Assembly (NCBI GenBank): GCA_951813545.1
Contig: OX638352.1
Coordinates: 2,432,835-2,496,834 of the forward strand
Length of the DNA stretch: 64,000 bases
Origin: an uncultured Poribacteria bacterium
GTDB lineage: Bacteria > Poribacteria > WGA-4E > WGA-3G
Reading direction: 5' to 3'
Under the pieces are notes generated by a model. That model did no database searches. It was not told where the DNA came from and worked only from the letters and a program-made list of their open reading frames with translations. The position numbers were made by a program, and so were the translations under genes. Each line of letters starts with the position of its first letter. The first letter of the stretch is position 1. Shown piece after piece: positions 46,398 to 57,737 of this stretch.

Positions 46398-48716
46398 CTA
46401 TGATAAAAAAACCAAAATTGCGTATGTTTTCCCTGCTTCAGTTTTAAAACTCACCACCGAATCCGATTGTTCTATGTCAACCTGTCCACCTTCGCATGTC
46501 ACCGAAACGGCTGCATCTGTCCGTAGGGTGCAGTCTCGCCCAAGCGAGGAATGAAGTTTCGCTTCGGTGAGTTGTCCGCTCTCCCATGTCATCTCAACCT
46601 CAAATCCGCCGCGGGCACGCAAGCCTTTGACGCTTCCAGTGCACCACGCCTTCGGAAGCGCGGGCAACAAGTGGACCTCACCCGCATGGCTCTGGAGCAA
46701 CATCTCCGCGATGCCGGAGACGCCCCCGAAATTGCCGTCAATCTGGAAGGGTGGATGTGTATCGAATAAGTTCGTCAAAGTACATTTCGCCAAAAGTGCT
46801 TGGAGGTGTGTGTATGCCTCTTCGGCATCTTCAAGTCGTGCCCAGAAGTTGACAAGCCACGCCCGACTCCAGCCTGTGTGTCCACCACCGTGTGCCAATC
46901 GATATTCTAACGATTTTTTCGCTGCTGCCGCCAACTCCGGTGTACCTCGCAGCGTAATCTGGCAACTCGGATGAAGGGCATACATGTGCGACATGTGTCG
47001 GTGTCCCGGTTCCGGTTCGTCGTAGTCAAACACCCACTCCTGCAACCGTCCGGTTTTCTCGCTAATCTGAAGCGGCGCGAGTCGTTCAAGGGCAGAGACC
47101 AACTCGGCGCGAAATTTGGTGTCTTCTCCAAGGACATCGATGCAGGCGATGCAGTTGGTGAAGAGTTCATGGATAATTTCGAGATCTATGGTCGCGGCAT
47201 AAGTAAAGAGGGAGCGGGTACCGTCCGGTTTCAGGAAGCTGTTTTCTGGTGAGTGTGATGGATTCGTGACGAGTTTTCCAGCAAAAGGTGTGCCTTCTGG
47301 TGCTTCAACGAGAAAGTCAAGCATGAAACGGGCTGCGCCTTTCATGAGCGGATAGCCTTGTTCAATAAGGAAATCCTTATTGCCCCCAAAAAGATAGTGC
47401 TCCCACACGTGTTCACATAACCATGCAGCACCCACAGGCGAGATACCCCAAATACCGTCAGCAGGTGTTGTGAAACCCCAAACGTCGGAGAGATGGTGAA
47501 CGACCCAGCCATCAGCACCATAATGGATTTTTGCTGTCCGGTTTCCCGGTTCAACGAGCGTGTCCATGTAATCGAACAGTGGTAGGTGGCACTCTGAAAG
47601 GTTACAAATTTCAGGGACCCAATAGTTCATCTGGAGGTTGATATTGGTATGGAAATCGCTGTTCCAAGGCGCGTTCATATGCTCATTCCAGATGCCTTGT
47701 AAATTCGCAGGCAGACATCCAGGTCGCGAGCTTCCCATCATCAGATAGCGTCCATATTGAAAATAAAGTGCGATGAGTTCTGGATCTGACGCGCCCGCTT
47801 TCACTGCCTCTAAGCGTTCGTCGGTCGGGAGATTTGCTGTATCGGTAGAACCGAGATTGAGATCCACCCGTTGAAAGAGGTATTGATGTTCCGCAATATG
47901 GTCTGCTCGAATTGTAGCGTAAGACTTTGTCTCGATATCTGCAAGATAATTTTCGCAAAGCGCGTGCGGGTTTCCACTCGCATCTGTCTGATTTATGTAA
48001 CTCGTCGCAGCGGCGAGCAAGAGCGTTACAGCGTTCGCACCTTGCACAGAGAGCCGGTCACCTTCCGAATGTCCCTCTCCACCCTCAAAATACATCTGTA
48101 GATAAGCCGAAAAGTGCATCCCGTCATCGCCACATTGTCCGTCAAGTCGGAGGATATTCGCAGCAATTGCTTCAACGGTGGCATCCTGTTCCCGTGTCAT
48201 CGTCACGTCGAAAGTGAGTTGTTTTACCGTATCAGATTCAATTCTTATAACAATGAGATTGTCTACTGCTGTTGCGAAGACTTCTCTGCTAAAATTGACA
48301 TCGCCGTGACAATAGGTCGTCCGAGCAATCCCTGTGTTCAAATCTAACTCCCGGTAGTACGCAGTAGCATCGCCATCATGCTCAAATTCCAGAAGCAGGT
48401 CTCCTAAGGATTGATAGGATTTGATACGTTCTGGTACGCCGAGCATGGTTTCACCAGCAAGCTGAGTCGCTTCTTCGTTTTTATCCTCGAAAAGCAGCTG
48501 CTGGACTTTCGGGAGTGCTTCTAAAGCCTTCGGATTGTTGGTGTCGCGAGGACCACCGTCCCAAAGGGTTTCCTCGTTAAGTTGGATACGTTCTTGTTTA
48601 ACGCCACCAAACACCATAGCACCGAGTCGCCCGTTTCCGACAGGTAATGCGTCTGTCCATGCCTGGGCTGGTTTATGATACCATAAAACGAGATTATTTG
48701 CGGTTGTGTTTGTCAT
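46398..48716 (-). CDS. GH95-family alpha-L-fucosidase-like glycoside hydrolase
   Basis: 772 aa. The N-terminus [30 protein letters not shown] and overall length are typical of GH95. Confidence 0.8.
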   Translation of the reverse strand: MTNTTANNLVLWYHKPAQAWTDALPVGNGRLGAMVFGGVKQERIQLNEETLWDGGPRDTNNPKALEALPKVQQLLFEDKNEEATQLAGETMLGVPERIKSYQSLGDLLLEFEHDGDATAYYRELDLNTGIARTTYCHGDVNFSREVFATAVDNLIVIRIESDTVKQLTFDVTMTREQDATVEAIAANILRLDGQCGDDGMHFSAYLQMYFEGGEGHSEGDRLSVQGANAVTLLLAAATSYINQTDASGNPHALCENYLADIETKSYATIRADHIAEHQYLFQRVDLNLGSTDTANLPTDERLEAVKAGASDPELIALYFQYGRYLMMGSSRPGCLPANLQGIWNEHMNAPWNSDFHTNINLQMNYWVPEICNLSECHLPLFDYMDTLVEPGNRTAKIHYGADGWVVHHLSDVWGFTTPADGIWGISPVGAAWLCEHVWEHYLFGGNKDFLIEQGYPLMKGAARFMLDFLVEAPEGTPFAGKLVTNPSHSPENSFLKPDGTRSLFTYAATIDLEIIHELFTNCIACIDVLGEDTKFRAELVSALERLAPLQISEKTGRLQEWVFDYDEPEPGHRHMSHMYALHPSCQITLRGTPELAAAAKKSLEYRLAHGGGHTGWSRAWLVNFWARLEDAEEAYTHLQALLAKCTLTNLFDTHPPFQIDGNFGGVSGIAEMLLQSHAGEVHLLPALPKAWCTGSVKGLRARGGFEVEMTWESGQLTEAKLHSSLGRDCTLRTDAAVSVTCEGGQVDIEQSDSVVSFKTEAGKTYAILVFLS

Positions 48717-48948
48717 TGACCCTCCGTCATATTAAGAAAAATCGCCGTCTATCACAAAGACGGGAACCTCACATGAGAGGCAAGTCTTATTCAATTTGAA
48801 ATTGGTGGCAAGGAGTGTGATACCTCTGGAGTTTAGCCCGTTAGTGCTATTTTTTTGCTTACGGCATCTCCGCTCGTTTTAAGAATTGCTTTATTTTTTT
48901 CGCTCTGACGACATAATACCCTTTACTCTCTGGATGGAAAGGCGATTA

Positions 48949-49995
48949 TCATACCCACCCTCTTCGCTCTCGGTGACCGCATAGCACCTTCACTGTCTCA
49001 TGTGCTTTTTTCTCTGCCGCAATATGCAACGGAGTATGACCTTCATCGTTCTCTACATGAGTGTCAGCCCCATTTTCTAATAACACCACTGCTGTCTCAT
49101 GGGCATTGTGTTGCGCTGCAATGTGCAAAGGGGTGTCGCCCTGTTCGTCTTTCGTGTTGACATCAGCCCCATTTTCTATTAACACTACCGCTACTTCAGA
49201 AGTATCATCCTCCGCTGTAACATGCAGCGGCGTGTGACCTTTATTATTTTCCCCGTTGACATCAGCACCACTTTCCAGCAGTGCCACCACTGTCTCGTAA
49301 GCGTTACGCCACACTGCCCAATGCAGGAGGGTATAACCAGATTTATTTCTCGGGTTGACCTCCGTTTTGTCTTCCAGTGATACGCCTTCTGCCTCATAGA
49401 CATTGCGCCATGCCGCCCAGTGCAGAGGTGTATCGCCATCTTCATTCTTCGCGTTGACGTCAGCCCCATTTTCTATTAGCACTACCGTTGTTTCGTGCCC
49501 ATTATTCCATGCTGCCCAATGTAAGGGGGTAAAGTCCTTGTCGTTCCTTGCGTTGACATCAGCCCCATTTTCTATTAACACCGCCGCCGCTTTTGACGCG
49601 TTATGCCATGCCGCCCAGTGCAGAGGTGGATATCCATATTTGTCCTTCGCGTTGACGTCAGCCCCATTTTCTATTAACACCGCCGCCGCTTCTGAAGCAT
49701 TGTCTCGCGCTGCATCGTGCAAGGAGGTATAGCCGGGTTTTTCCACCCGCTCAACCACACGCGCAACATGTTTACCGGTTGACAAACCGGGTTTAGTTTT
49801 CATATCCGCTCCTGAAGGATTTTCCACAACCTTATTGCTACTTTCTGGACGCGAGCGGGGGGATGTCTCAAGAATGGTTCCAGATTTTGATTCATCAGAT
49901 ACATCTTGTTGCTTACACACAATAGCAACCTGTTCCTTCAAAACTGTGTTTCTCAATGTAAACATCAGTTTTAGTGTTCCTGCTTCAGCGTCCAC
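48949..49995 (-). CDS. Ankyrin-repeat protein with about 8 repeats. The N-terminus abuts the TnpB element end.
   Basis: Repeats of the form G.TPLHWAAW.N..E.AAVLIENGADVNAK. The ORF begins with GTG 40 bp from the tnpB stop. Confidence 0.8.
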   Translation of the reverse strand: MDAEAGTLKLMFTLRNTVLKEQVAIVCKQQDVSDESKSGTILETSPRSRPESSNKVVENPSGADMKTKPGLSTGKHVARVVERVEKPGYTSLHDAARDNASEAAAVLIENGADVNAKDKYGYPPLHWAAWHNASKAAAVLIENGADVNARNDKDFTPLHWAAWNNGHETTVVLIENGADVNAKNEDGDTPLHWAAWRNVYEAEGVSLEDKTEVNPRNKSGYTLLHWAVWRNAYETVVALLESGADVNGENNKGHTPLHVTAEDDTSEVAVVLIENGADVNTKDEQGDTPLHIAAQHNAHETAVVLLENGADTHVENDEGHTPLHIAAEKKAHETVKVLCGHRERRGWV

Positions 49996-51250
49996 CGCCT
50001 CCCAATGAGGTCTTACACGGACTCCACAGGCGTTTTACATCTCATGCGAACCGCACGCGATGGTTCTTAAGTTGATAGCCGCGTTTACGTCTCGGTCTTC
50101 TACGAAGCCGCAACTTTGACAATGATACTGCCTTTCTACTAACGACAAATCTTCTTTCTTATGCCCGCACCTGCTACACGTCTGACTTGACGCAAAGAAC
50201 TGTGGGGCTTCTACAACGGGTATGCCAAGCGTTTCGGCTTTGGATTTGAGTTTCGCGAGAAAACCGCCGAGTGCTGAATCGGATAACGCTTTGGCAAGTT
50301 TCCTATTTTTCAACATGTTCGTAACTTTCAGGGTTTCTATACCGATAACGCTTGCTTTCTTGACGATCTGAGTTGTGGCGTTATGATGTTGATGTTCACG
50401 GATACACGCAATGCGGTAGTGGATACGCTCAACTTTGCATTTTTGCTTATACCAATTGTTGGATCCAAACACCTTCTTGCTCAACTTGCGTTGCTCCCGC
50501 TTAAGTTTGCGTTCATAATGTTTCAGAGGTCTTGGATTATGATACTTTGTGCCATCGTTAAGGGTTGCTAACGTGTTAATGCCAACATCTATACCAATCA
50601 CAGGGAGTCCACGCGTATCACGTGGAGCATTCGGTGTTCCTGTTTCGACCAGAATAGAGACAAACCAACGGTCGGCTTTCCTTGAAATCGTCACCTTACG
50701 GATTTCACCTTCAAATCTCAATGATTCAAACATACGAACCCGCCCGATTTTCAGGAGACGGATATGTTTGCCTTCTACCTTCACCTTCGCACCTTCTACA
50801 GTGTAAGACTGGCGGTCTGAACGCTTTTTATATTTCGGAAACTTGTTTTCGCCATTCTTCCAACGTTTGATAGCATCACCAAGATTCTCAAACGCATACG
50901 CAGCGGCACGCTGATCACACACACCGCACCCCTCAAACTTCTTACGCTTTTCGGCATTGAACCGCTGGCGTAACGTCCGAGCAGAACGCCACTCGTCTTT
51001 CGATAAGCCGTCTTTGAAGTCAGAAAGTCCATAGTTATAGGCAACACGCGCATAACTGCATTGTTGTGCAAACCATGAACGCTGTTTTTCTGTCGCGCGT
51101 AACGCTATCTTGTGTGCTTTTAGGGGCATTGTGGTATATCTCGTATCTCACTTTAACCGCTTTTTCAAGGCGGTAGGCGAGGAGGCTGCACGAGTGTGCA
51201 GTTGAAAAGTCCTCGCCACGAGATACTATCATTATACCACTTTTGTACAC
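49996..51250 (-). mobile_element. Second IS200/IS605-family TnpB-only element. Boundaries are approximate.
   Basis: tnpB is flanked by the hairpin-rich left end GGCGAGGA-GGCTGCACGAGTGTGCAG-...-TCCTCGCC at about 51165-51215. The right end lies between the tnpB stop and the ankyrin start. Confidence 0.6.
50035..51129 (-). CDS. tnpB: TnpB (OrfB) protein
   Basis: GIDVGI (RuvC-I), IGIETL (RuvC-II), the zinc ribbon CSRCG...CQSCG, and DRDVNAAINL (RuvC-III). Confidence 0.9.
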   Translation of the reverse strand: MPLKAHKIALRATEKQRSWFAQQCSYARVAYNYGLSDFKDGLSKDEWRSARTLRQRFNAEKRKKFEGCGVCDQRAAAYAFENLGDAIKRWKNGENKFPKYKKRSDRQSYTVEGAKVKVEGKHIRLLKIGRVRMFESLRFEGEIRKVTISRKADRWFVSILVETGTPNAPRDTRGLPVIGIDVGINTLATLNDGTKYHNPRPLKHYERKLKREQRKLSKKVFGSNNWYKQKCKVERIHYRIACIREHQHHNATTQIVKKASVIGIETLKVTNMLKNRKLAKALSDSALGGFLAKLKSKAETLGIPVVEAPQFFASSQTCSRCGHKKEDLSLVERQYHCQSCGFVEDRDVNAAINLRTIACGSHEM

Positions 51251-51503
51251 GAAATGTCAAGAAAAACATACAAAAACATAGAAAAAGAACTATTTAGGAA
51301 CTACTCCTTTTTTTAATTAAGGATAGGATTCTGATTTATAGTGAACCCATTAACTTAACCATCGCGCTGACAAAGCGCACTTATCGGAGAATGTCTAAAT
51401 ATTTTCGTGTAGTGTACCCTATGAGTATAGCATATACCGTACGAAAATGCTATAACTCTCGGAGATACCAGACGACTTAGTTTAGCGTCACTAAAGATTG
51501 TGC

Positions 51504-52784
51504 TTACCGTTGTTGCCATGGAATACTACCTGCCTTCTGGGTTTCCGTCTGGAATAGTTGACTCATTTCTCTGAAAAGGTCCTTTTGTGTTGAGGCACCG
51601 TTCGTCGTTTCCAACGGATCACTTGATAGATCGTAGAGTTCTAATGGTTCAAAGGGACTGTTATGTAACAACTTAATGTCCCCACGCCGGACCGCGTGTT
51701 GAGATTGCCCAAGAAACGTTTGACCGCCTTCCCTTCGCAACCAGTAGAGGATACGCTCGGAGAAATCCTGCTGTTCCCCTTGGAGGGTTTGCCAGATTGA
51801 GCGTCCTTCAATATCGTCTGGAATCGGCGCGCCAGCTACCTCACACACTGTCGGGAACAGATCCATGAGCAACGCGACCTGATCGGTAACGTGTCCTTCA
51901 GGAATATGTCCGGGCCACATCGCACACGTAGGGACTCGGATGCCCCCTTCGTACATTTGTCCTTTTTGCCCGCGCAGCGGACCGTTGTGTGCCCCGACAT
52001 CCATTGAGCCGCCGTTGTCAGAGGTGTAGATAACAAGCGTATTGGATAGCTGATCGGTCTCTACAAGCGTATCAAGCACACGTCCAATGCCAGCATCCAT
52101 GTGTTCTACGAGGGCAATGTATTTGGCGCGCTGTGGTGAAATATCGGGTTCACGTTCCTGCACCCGTTCTACCCAATTATCAGGCGGTTGGATTGGCGTA
52201 TGCGGCGCGTTGTAAGCAAGGTAAAGGAAAAAAGGGTCGGACGACTGTGATTGCGCGCGAATGAAATCCATACTCCATTCTGTGAAGAGGTCTGTGGCAT
52301 GCCCCGTTGGATCAATGGTGTCAAAACCGTGCCGCATGTAATTTATGTCGTGTCGGAGGTGCGTGTAGTAGTCATCCATCATATCGCCGAGAAAGCCGTG
52401 AAAATGATCGAATCCACGTTTGCAGGGGTGATTCTCCGGTTCAAGTCCGAGGTGCCATTTGCCAATAAGCGCAGTGCGGTAATCCTTCTGTTTCAATGCT
52501 GATGGAAGTGTGACTGCATCTTGTCGGAAATAGCCCCAACTGTTTTCTGGGTGGGTGCGGATTACCCCCGGCACCCCGGCTCTGTCTGGATAGCGTCCGG
52601 TCATGAGAGAGGCTCTGCTGGGGGAGCAGACAGAAGAGTTCGCATAAAATTTACTGAACCGCGTCCCTTCTGCAGCGATCCGGTCGATGTTTGGGGTTTG
52701 AATTGATGGACCGCCGTGTACCGAAATATCGCCATAGCCGTGATCGTCCGCGAGAATGAGAAGTATATTAGGCAATTTTGTCAT
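51504..52784 (-). CDS. Sulfatase (formylglycine-dependent arylsulfatase family)
   Basis: LILADDHGYGD. The CSPSRASLMTGRY motif (C-x-P-x-R). Confidence 0.85.
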   Translation of the reverse strand: MTKLPNILLILADDHGYGDISVHGGPSIQTPNIDRIAAEGTRFSKFYANSSVCSPSRASLMTGRYPDRAGVPGVIRTHPENSWGYFRQDAVTLPSALKQKDYRTALIGKWHLGLEPENHPCKRGFDHFHGFLGDMMDDYYTHLRHDINYMRHGFDTIDPTGHATDLFTEWSMDFIRAQSQSSDPFFLYLAYNAPHTPIQPPDNWVERVQEREPDISPQRAKYIALVEHMDAGIGRVLDTLVETDQLSNTLVIYTSDNGGSMDVGAHNGPLRGQKGQMYEGGIRVPTCAMWPGHIPEGHVTDQVALLMDLFPTVCEVAGAPIPDDIEGRSIWQTLQGEQQDFSERILYWLRREGGQTFLGQSQHAVRRGDIKLLHNSPFEPLELYDLSSDPLETTNGASTQKDLFREMSQLFQTETQKAGSIPWQQR

Positions 52785-52840
52785 AGTTTCTCCGTGAGTG
52801 TATTATAGCGTGAAGTGCGTAGTAATATAGTGTTAACTTT

Positions 52841-53206
52841 TCAATTCACGAATTCGCACCATACAGCAGGAACGCCTACCTGCGCGCCAATTGGTGCAGC
52901 TTGGAGTTCTGAGGTATCTATGTTCTCCAAACTATCGGTTACTATCGACAGATTGGTATGTGGTGCTGAGAGATTTGGATCGAGGTGACGTGCTTTGAGG
53001 TGTAAAGCGATGGCTTCATCCAACTCGCCTTCCCAACAGCGCAAAGCACCCAAATTGGTGTGTGGTGCTGCCAGATCGGGTGCAAGGCGAATTGCTTTAT
53101 TTAGGGCAACTTTCGCTGCCTCAAGCCTTCCATGATCAATGTCGTCATAGGCCTGACGATTTAACACTCGCGCGCGCTCAATATACTCAGTCATGCTGTC
53201 TTCCAT
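52841..53206 (-). CDS. TPR-repeat protein
   Basis: Three TPR-like units (APHTNLGALRCWEGELDEAIALHLKA...). Confidence 0.55.
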   Translation of the reverse strand: MEDSMTEYIERARVLNRQAYDDIDHGRLEAAKVALNKAIRLAPDLAAPHTNLGALRCWEGELDEAIALHLKARHLDPNLSAPHTNLSIVTDSLENIDTSELQAAPIGAQVGVPAVWCEFVN

Positions 53207-53277
53207 ACAGCAACCATCCGAAAAATGAGTGCAGCCAGTCGTTCAGGTAACCCGCCAGCTGCACTGGTTTGCCTTGT

Positions 53278-54060
53278 CTATTGCTGAGATTTGATACTTG
53301 CCCATGTGGTGGCAAGTTTGTCAGAAGGCTCAACGGGCAGTAGTGTTACGAGTCCCTTATCCATCAAATCCTTTATATCCTCTGCTTCCAGTACGGAAGC
53401 GAAAATTGCGACCTCATAAAGCATGCCATCAAGTGTTTCTGAGGTGTTGTTGGTCCAACCACCGATATTAACATCAGTGTCATTCTGGGGACCCGGTTTA
53501 CCCATCCCGCCAACAGAAGCGATTTCCTCACCGTTTTCGTATATCTTGATGGTGTCCTTTGCGTCGTAAGTTGCGGTCATGTACAACCAAACATCTTTCT
53601 TGACGTTTCCTTGATTCCAAGCCCCTTTCCAACCGTCTCGCGCAAAGTATGCTTCCCAGCCGGTGCCGCTGGAGCTTGTCCTAAAGGCGTAATTTGCCAC
53701 TGTGCCATTCGCAGGTCTTTTGCCGAGAATATGCCCATAACCGTTCTCGGATTTGTTGACATACACCCATGAAGTGATTGACCACGCCTCTTCGAGATAC
53801 ATGCTGTCGGAGTCAGGAATGATGACCCGATCATTTTGTCCGTTTAAACTTAGGGCAGAACCATCCGGGCCTTTGACCCATTTTCCACCCTGAAGTTCAC
53901 CTTGGTTCTTGTTTCCAGAAATATCGTTGATTTTATCACCTTTACCTTCGTCGAGTAGCCAAATTCCCCTTGCGGTTTCAAAGTCGATGTCCGCATAGGT
54001 TTGTACTGTGAAGGTCAGACTGATGGCGATAATCGCTAAGCAAACTATAATGGATTTCAT
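53278..54060 (-). CDS. Secreted LamG/concanavalin-like jelly-roll protein
   Basis: Signal peptide MKSIIVCLAIIAISLTFTVQTYA. LamG_3-like LSLNGQNDRVIIPDSDS...WLYMTATYD...IKIYENGEEI. C-terminal VEPSDKLATTWASIKSQQ. Confidence 0.7.
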   Translation of the reverse strand: MKSIIVCLAIIAISLTFTVQTYADIDFETARGIWLLDEGKGDKINDISGNKNQGELQGGKWVKGPDGSALSLNGQNDRVIIPDSDSMYLEEAWSITSWVYVNKSENGYGHILGKRPANGTVANYAFRTSSSGTGWEAYFARDGWKGAWNQGNVKKDVWLYMTATYDAKDTIKIYENGEEIASVGGMGKPGPQNDTDVNIGGWTNNTSETLDGMLYEVAIFASVLEAEDIKDLMDKGLVTLLPVEPSDKLATTWASIKSQQ

Positions 54061-54125
54061 TGTTACCCCCTAAAGGTTAATTGACCATTAAGATGCATTT
54101 TGACTAAGCCGGCTTGCTTAATCTA

Positions 54126-54908
54126 TTATTGAGATTTAATGCTTGCCCATGTAGTTGCGAGTTTGCCAGAAGGTTCAACGGCAGTGAGTAGGGATGGTAG
54201 TCTGTTCTCCATCAGGTCGTTTATGTCTGCTTCTGCCAGCGCGACATCGAAAAGCGCGACCTCATAGAGCATACCGTCAAGCGTCTCTGAAGTGTTGTTG
54301 GTCCAACCACCGATGTTGACATCCGTGTCATTCCGAGGTGCCGGTCCACCATGACCGCTGACAGAACCGATTTCAGCTCCATTTTCATAGATTTTGATGG
54401 TATCTTCTCCATCATAAGTTGCGGTCATGTACAACCAGACATCTTTCTTCACACTTCCTTGATTCCAAGCACCTTTCCAGCCGCCTCGCGAATAGTATGC
54501 TTCCCAGCCGGTGCCATTGCCGCTTGTCCTAAATGCGTAATTAGCCACCGTTCCAGATGCGGGTCTTTTGCCGAGAATATGTCCAAAACCGTTCTCGGTT
54601 GTATTCACAAAAGTCCATGCGGTGATCGTCCACGCCTTCTCCAGATATAGACTGTCGGAGTCGGCAATGATAACCCGATCGTTTTGCCCGTTTAAACTTA
54701 AGGCAGGACCATCCGGTCCTTCGACCCATTCTCCGCCCTGAAGTTCACCGTGATTCTCGTTTCCAGACATATCGTTGATAAAATTGCCATCACCTTCGTC
54801 GAGTAGCCAAATTCCTCTTGCGGTTCCAAGGTCAATTTCCGCATACGTATGTACTGTGAACGTCAGACTGATGGCGATAATCGCTAAACAAGCTATAATG
54901 GATTTCAT
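54126..54908 (-). CDS. Secreted LamG/concanavalin-like jelly-roll protein (tandem paralog)
   Basis: About 80% identical to 53278..54060. C-terminal VEPSGKLATTWASIKSQ. Confidence 0.7.
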   Translation of the reverse strand: MKSIIACLAIIAISLTFTVHTYAEIDLGTARGIWLLDEGDGNFINDMSGNENHGELQGGEWVEGPDGPALSLNGQNDRVIIADSDSLYLEKAWTITAWTFVNTTENGFGHILGKRPASGTVANYAFRTSGNGTGWEAYYSRGGWKGAWNQGSVKKDVWLYMTATYDGEDTIKIYENGAEIGSVSGHGGPAPRNDTDVNIGGWTNNTSETLDGMLYEVALFDVALAEADINDLMENRLPSLLTAVEPSGKLATTWASIKSQ

Positions 54909-54988
54909 TTTACCTCCTAAAGGTTAATTTACCATTAAGTAAGATACGTTTTGACTAAGTGTGTTACGCTACCTAAAACCAAATCAAC

Positions 54989-55981
54989 CTACTGTTCCGA
55001 ATTTACCGCCTGAATCAAAGCGATGATGTATCCGAACTGGAACGCCCACGCTTGTCGGACTCTACCAGAAACACCGGGCGGCGGTGTGTCATCTGGATGT
55101 CCTGGTGCGTGGTCAGGCATTAACATGTAAGGGTATTCTACATCTCGGAGGATCTGCGCAACTCTGTGCATGTCAAGGTGTCCCTCGTCGGGCCAGACTT
55201 CTTGGAAGTTGTGCAATCCGCCGCGAATGTTACGAAAGTGAATGTTAAAAAGTTTCTTGCGTTCGCCGAAATACTGGATAATCTCATAGAATTCAGTGCC
55301 GGGGTCATCTAAACCCTCCGACACAGTGCCACAGCAGAAGTTAAAGCCATGATACGGGCTTTCTGCAATCTCGGCGAAGCGTTTCAAACCGTCAAAGATG
55401 GGGTAATTCCACCGCTCAACGCCCCTCAAAACAGGCGCGGGCGGATCGTTCGGATGACACGCCATCTGAACCCGGTTTGCCTCAGCAACTGGGATTACAC
55501 GCTCAAAAAAATAAGCGAGCCGATCGAACGCTTCTTCACGGCTTACTTCACCCGCCTCTGAGAGCGTTTCGTTATCGTACTTAGAGAAGTCGAAGGTGCT
55601 GTAACTTGAGCCACCACGTCCGGGTGTGCTCTCGGTCCGCTGGTGATTCAGAATACAGAAATTATAATTCAACCCTCGCAGCCCTGCCGCAGCAGCGTTC
55701 TCAATCATCTTGCAAACAGCATCAATATCCGTGTCACGCTGTGGGTCTTGGGCAAGTGTAATACTCCTCGGAAGCCCGATGTGAATCATCTCGAGGCTGA
55801 TACCCGCTTCTGCCGCTTCTGCCTTGTGTCGAATCAATGTTTCGGTTTCGGTATTCTCAACAGAGGCATCCATGTGCGTTACACCGTGGCGCACGAGGAA
55901 TGCCAACTCCTTCGGGGATGTCCCGATGCCTTGAACACCGACATGCATCGCCGCCTTTTCACGTGGTTGCTTCTCAGCCAT
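54989..55981 (-). CDS. uxuA: Mannonate dehydratase
   Basis: VIPVAEANRVQMACHPNDPPAPVL and LMPDHAPGH align with UxuA [24 protein letters not shown] and PDHGHQM. Start at MAEKQ, which has an AAGGAG RBS. Confidence 0.8.
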   Translation of the reverse strand: MAEKQPREKAAMHVGVQGIGTSPKELAFLVRHGVTHMDASVENTETETLIRHKAEAAEAGISLEMIHIGLPRSITLAQDPQRDTDIDAVCKMIENAAAAGLRGLNYNFCILNHQRTESTPGRGGSSYSTFDFSKYDNETLSEAGEVSREEAFDRLAYFFERVIPVAEANRVQMACHPNDPPAPVLRGVERWNYPIFDGLKRFAEIAESPYHGFNFCCGTVSEGLDDPGTEFYEIIQYFGERKKLFNIHFRNIRGGLHNFQEVWPDEGHLDMHRVAQILRDVEYPYMLMPDHAPGHPDDTPPPGVSGRVRQAWAFQFGYIIALIQAVNSEQ

Positions 55982-56180
55982 CGTTTCGTTCTCCTTTGAC
56001 TCTCCTTTGACAATTGAATGTGCTATCAACTGTTCGGACTTTAAGATGGTATCCGCGCATTATAGCACACTTAAAAAACTAAGTCAATTCAAAAACAGAA
56101 AATTTCTGGACATCCGATCCGCTTCATGCTATGCTAAAAACCACAGAATTTCATAGCAATTACACAACAGAGGAGAAACG

Positions 56181-57737
56181 ATGGCTACAGAAGATTACAC
56201 TTCGCGTGTACCGCATTATACGTTCGCAGACACATTGGAAGAGCAGGAAGCACAGTTGGAGACGAATCCCCTGATGCAACGGCTCAACGCTTATCGTAAA
56301 ACGTATGAAAGCGATCCCCACCGTCCGATTTATCACTACATCAACCCCGAAGCGATGCTCAATGACCCAAACGGTCTCTGCTTTTGGCAAGGACGATGGC
56401 ATCTCTTTTATCAGGCATATCCACCTGAAGATACACGGCAGCATTGGGGACACGCAATCAGTGATGACCTCATCCACTGGCGCGACCTACCCTATGCAAT
56501 CTATCCCAACCCTGAAAGATGCTGTTTCTCTGGGTCGGCATTTGTTGAAGAGGATCGTGTGATTGCGATGTACCATGGCACCGTTGTCGGCAACATGGTG
56601 GCAGTATCAAGCGACCCACTTCTCCTGAATTGGGAGAAAGTCTCCGGTAAAGCGGTCATTCCAGCACAACACGCCGATGGCACAACCCCAGTCTACCGTG
56701 TCTTCGATCCGTGTATCTGGAAGAAAGACGGTATGTATTATTCGCTTTCGGGCGGAACACTCCCGCACGGACCCGGCGGTAAACCGATTCGAGCCAATTT
56801 CCTGCTCCGTTCAGCGGATTTAGCGAACTGGGTCTATCTGCACCCTTTTGTTGAGAATGATATGTTCACATTGGTTGGTGATGATGGTGCGTGCCCGTAC
56901 TTCTGGCCCATCGGCGACCGGCACATGCTCCTTTTTTTTAGTCACATGAGTGGCGGACAATATCTGCTCGGCGACTACGATACTGAACGCGACAAGTTCG
57001 TCGTGACAGCAGGAGCAAAGAACAATTTCGGGGCAGCATCTCCTGCTGGTGTTCACGCACCTTCAGCAACACCTGACGGTAATGGTGGTCTCATTGTCAT
57101 CTATAACATGAATCCAGCAAAACCTACCAAAGGTTGGAACCAGATCATGACGCTGCCGCGTCGTCTGACACTCCTCTCCAGAGATGAAATCGGAATTGAG
57201 CCTGCTGGTGACATTGAATCGTTGCGGTATGAACATCAACATGTTAATGCGATGACACTCCCGGCAAACGAAGAGGTCGTGCTGGAAAGCATAAGTGGCA
57301 ATGCGATGGAACTTGAACTCGAAATCGACACAAAATCCGCTCCGATGGTTGAACTAAATGTGCTTCGATCACCGCAGAAAGAGGAATTCACACGCATCGC
57401 GTTCTTCAGAGAACGTGGCATGCGCAACCTGAATTCCGATGTTAACGTACGCGATAGTCTACTAACGATCGATTCATCGTATTCGTCAATCGCACCAGAT
57501 GTTCTTTCGCGTGCGCCTGAAACCGGAGCAATCTCCGTTGCTCAAGGCGAAACCCTTAAATTACGCGTATTCGTTGACAAGAGCGTCGTAGAGGTATTCG
57601 CTAACGGGAAGCAGTGCGTGGCGATGCGGGTCTATCCAGACAAGGAAGAGAGTGTCGGTGTATCACTGCGCTCACAAGGGCAAGCGTGTGAACTCAAATC
57701 ATTAGATGCTTGGCAGATGCAGAACATCTATGCGTAA
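56181..57737 (+). CDS. GH32 glycoside hydrolase (beta-fructofuranosidase/levanase-like)
   Basis: NDPNGLCFWQGRWHLFYQ, WGHAISDDLIHW, and the FDP and EC-type motifs. Confidence 0.85.
   Translation: MATEDYTSRVPHYTFADTLEEQEAQLETNPLMQRLNAYRKTYESDPHRPIYHYINPEAMLNDPNGLCFWQGRWHLFYQAYPPEDTRQHWGHAISDDLIHWRDLPYAIYPNPERCCFSGSAFVEEDRVIAMYHGTVVGNMVAVSSDPLLLNWEKVSGKAVIPAQHADGTTPVYRVFDPCIWKKDGMYYSLSGGTLPHGPGGKPIRANFLLRSADLANWVYLHPFVENDMFTLVGDDGACPYFWPIGDRHMLLFFSHMSGGQYLLGDYDTERDKFVVTAGAKNNFGAASPAGVHAPSATPDGNGGLIVIYNMNPAKPTKGWNQIMTLPRRLTLLSRDEIGIEPAGDIESLRYEHQHVNAMTLPANEEVVLESISGNAMELELEIDTKSAPMVELNVLRSPQKEEFTRIAFFRERGMRNLNSDVNVRDSLLTIDSSYSSIAPDVLSRAPETGAISVAQGETLKLRVFVDKSVVEVFANGKQCVAMRVYPDKEESVGVSLRSQGQACELKSLDAWQMQNIYA

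Noticed and set aside
46551-47252. Plus-strand ORFs inside GH95
   Set aside because: They are antisense to a well-supported 772-aa GH95 ORF.
49403-49732. 109-aa plus-strand ORF antisense to the ankyrin gene
   Set aside because: It arises from the repetitive ankyrin DNA. The minus strand has the recognisable ankyrin consensus.
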